A stretch of 64,000 nt of DNA from Takakia lepidozioides (Eukaryota > Plantae > Bryophyta). The notes under the pieces were generated by a model. It was not told where the DNA came from, ran no database searches, and was given only the letters and a program-made list of their open reading frames with translations. Shown one piece after another: positions 61,686 through 64,000 of the stretch. Position 1 is the stretch's first letter, and every line of letters begins with the position of its first letter. Location: NCBI GenBank assembly GCA_030704615.1, contig CM060732.1:35402001-35466000 (forward strand). Reading direction: 5' to 3'. Position numbers and translations under genes: made by a program.

Positions 61686-64000
61686 TGTTGGTAATTAAGT
61701 ATCAGTTTGCTTCAGCAATCTATCGGATTCCATCAACTCATCCATTCATTCCACAGCTTCACTCAGATCTCTCTACACAGTGTGTATCAAATTAATATCT
61801 ATCAAGTATCAGGCTGAAGCCATGGAGTCTCTAATCTGCTCTATATTACAATTCTACTGCTTGCATTCATTAAGCATCAACAAATCATCCTCCTCCTACT
61901 CCGTGCTCTCCCTCTTTCTGCTCAGAGATACGCTCTCTGCCTCATTTCCCCTCAGTGATGTCCGAAGTCCCCCCCCCCCCAAGAAGTGATCTCAAGAATC
62001 GATCCTTCTTCAGTCCTTGCTCCTAGCTTTATCTTCCTACCCATTGTTCTAACCGTTTCCCTCACTAACCGTCGTCCGTGAACTAACATGTTCCAATCGC
62101 AGGTGTTGTTCCCCACAGTCGTTCCCTGTCCTGCTATCCGTTCCCTATGGTCGTGACAGCTGTGTCAAGTGACTGGCTGTGTGAAACTGTGACCGGCTGT
62201 GACCGGCTGTGTCGGGCTGTGACTGGCTGTGCGACTGTGTTTGGCTGTGTCGGGCTGTGACTGGCTGTGTGGCTGTGTCGGCTGTGATGGGCTGTGTCGG
62301 GCTGTGACGAGCTGTCTTGACTGTGTCTGGCTGTGTCGGCTGTGTCGGACTGTGACGGGCTGTGTTGGCTGTGACGGGCTGTGTAACCCTCCTAAAGTGC
62401 GCTGCTGTCACCCCTAAGGCTCTTGTTGGTCTCAGTCTGTGCAAAAATTAAGGGTACCCCACAGATCCCGTATAAGTGTCTAAGTCCTAACATTTACCCC
62501 TTCCCCTCTCAAAAAGCCGTGTCCTCACGGTTTACTGATTGGGATTAGCAAACCTTTGTGAGTGAGCACCTTTCTGACGTTGAGAGTTTCGTGGCGGACT
62601 GTGTGTACGAGCCCGAGGTCTGTCACTGGTTGACGGAGTTGATTGAACACTACCCGGATAAGTGAGGCCCTCTGGAAACTGATATCGAGGTAACCTTTCA
62701 GGCATAGGAGACCCCCATCGCTTCTTCTCTGCCATCTGAATTGCATAGTCTTCTCCCATGTCAAAAGAATCCGCTGAAAAAACAGTTGTATCAGAATCCT
62801 CATCGCCTCTCAGGTGTTTTAATTGTCGAACTTTTTGTGGAATCCTCTGGGGCATACAATGTTGTCCTACCATGTCTGGAAGTTTATATTTTAAAACTTG
62901 CTGTAAACGCTGAATGGCAAAATTGGTGAAGACCCTGAGCTCCTTGTCTGTCCAGGTGAGTGGGGTACCAATGACCTGGGAATTGTGCAAGTATTTCCAT
63001 GCTAGATGTCCCTTATAGAAAATATCATCAATGCCGAATTTCTGTGTTGACAAATTGTTCCACGCCGCATGAAACCATGAACGAATTTGAGAATCCTTTT
63101 GCATCATAACTTTTGCCTCATATAGGTACATATGAGGTGGCACTGAAGGTAAGACCCAATGATCCCCACTAGATACTCAGAAAGCGCGATTGCATCTTGT
63201 GCTGCTCAATGTGATAACGTACCAGAAAACAAGCAGCGTAGTATAACCCGCATCCCATGACAATACTCGCTACCTCCTTGGTCTTGGTAATAATGAATCC
63301 ATGTACAACTTGGAAGGCAATTAATTCCTTCAACATTGTACCTGCCTCATGCCAGTATTGTGCAAAGTAATGATCCTCAATTGGTCGATTGTTCGGAAGA
63401 ACTTTAGTCCTAGTTGCCACTGGCAGCCAAATGCGCATGATTTGGTAGTAATGTGCTAATGACTGCGGTGGACTAAATTCTTTCCAAGCCAATCCAACAT
63501 GATGGGAATTTGGTTGAAGGACATAATCATAGCCCTACTGTACTCCCTTGCAGCTGGAGTTTTAGGTGGGTTAAAAGCAGCATTGCCCCATACCTCAGGC
63601 TGTGGTGGCTGTGTTGTGGTTGTAGTAACAACAGGGTCAACTACTGGCATAGTGACTTGTTGTGGTGTTGGTGGCACTGGCTCTTGTATCATTGGCATCT
63701 CCTGCACCTCCTGTGAAGAAGACTGAAAAGCCAAAGTTCTGGCATGTAAATAAGAAGCCATTAGCTGTTCCTCAGGTATATAGACTCTTTTGTCGATATT
63801 TGAAGTGAGGTCCTCCACTTGAGTCTGCAGTCCGTCTACATCCTCCTGTAACTCCGCTATCCTACTATAGACATTGTCTATAGTAGTTGTGGCAATGTTA
63901 AGCACTTGCAGTCTGAGCTCATTCATCTCGCTTTGGGTGAGCTTTCGTGGTGCTTTGCCCCCCACTGGCCCTTGTGCTAACCAGACCTGCATAAGGTGGT
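61686..64000 (-). mobile_element. Second copy of the same element in opposite orientation: accessory ORF 3' part (64000-62532), PPT, LTR 62492-61686 (TGTTAG...CCAACA)
   Basis: ORFs 63456-63992, 63169-63492 and 62532-63143 are near-identical in protein to 59230-60688. The element runs off the window edge. Confidence 0.85.

Overview
This is eukaryotic, transposon-dense DNA from a non-seed land plant, most likely a bryophyte (inferred from a PLS/DYW PPR gene, a spliced bZIP gene and Tcn1-like chromoviruses). The only host genes are a 4-exon bZIP transcription factor (49686-52680, +) and a DYW-PPR pseudogene (54539-56036, -). The rest is mobile DNA: a chromovirus pol remnant, a PIF/Harbinger element, a pogo element nested in a long-TIR element, tRNA-derived SINEs, CRE and L1 fragments, two structured repeat arrays, and two tail-to-tail LTR elements carrying a large coiled-coil ORF. 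The highlight is a Ty3/Gypsy retrotransposon at 26585-38128, split by a ~10 kb internal inversion. It (i) carries a DNMT3-like C5 cytosine methyltransferase in frame between protease and RT, (ii) ends its integrase with a PHD finger, (iii) has a self-complementary primer site rather than a tRNA site, and (iv) has split terminal repeats B...A-B-A bounded by a 4-bp TSD (ACTT). That end structure is what integration of a 2-LTR circle cut at an internal palindrome (GACAGCTGTC) would give. A diverged relative at 9319-9759 has the same B-A junction. All family and domain calls are by eye from motifs; no searches were run.
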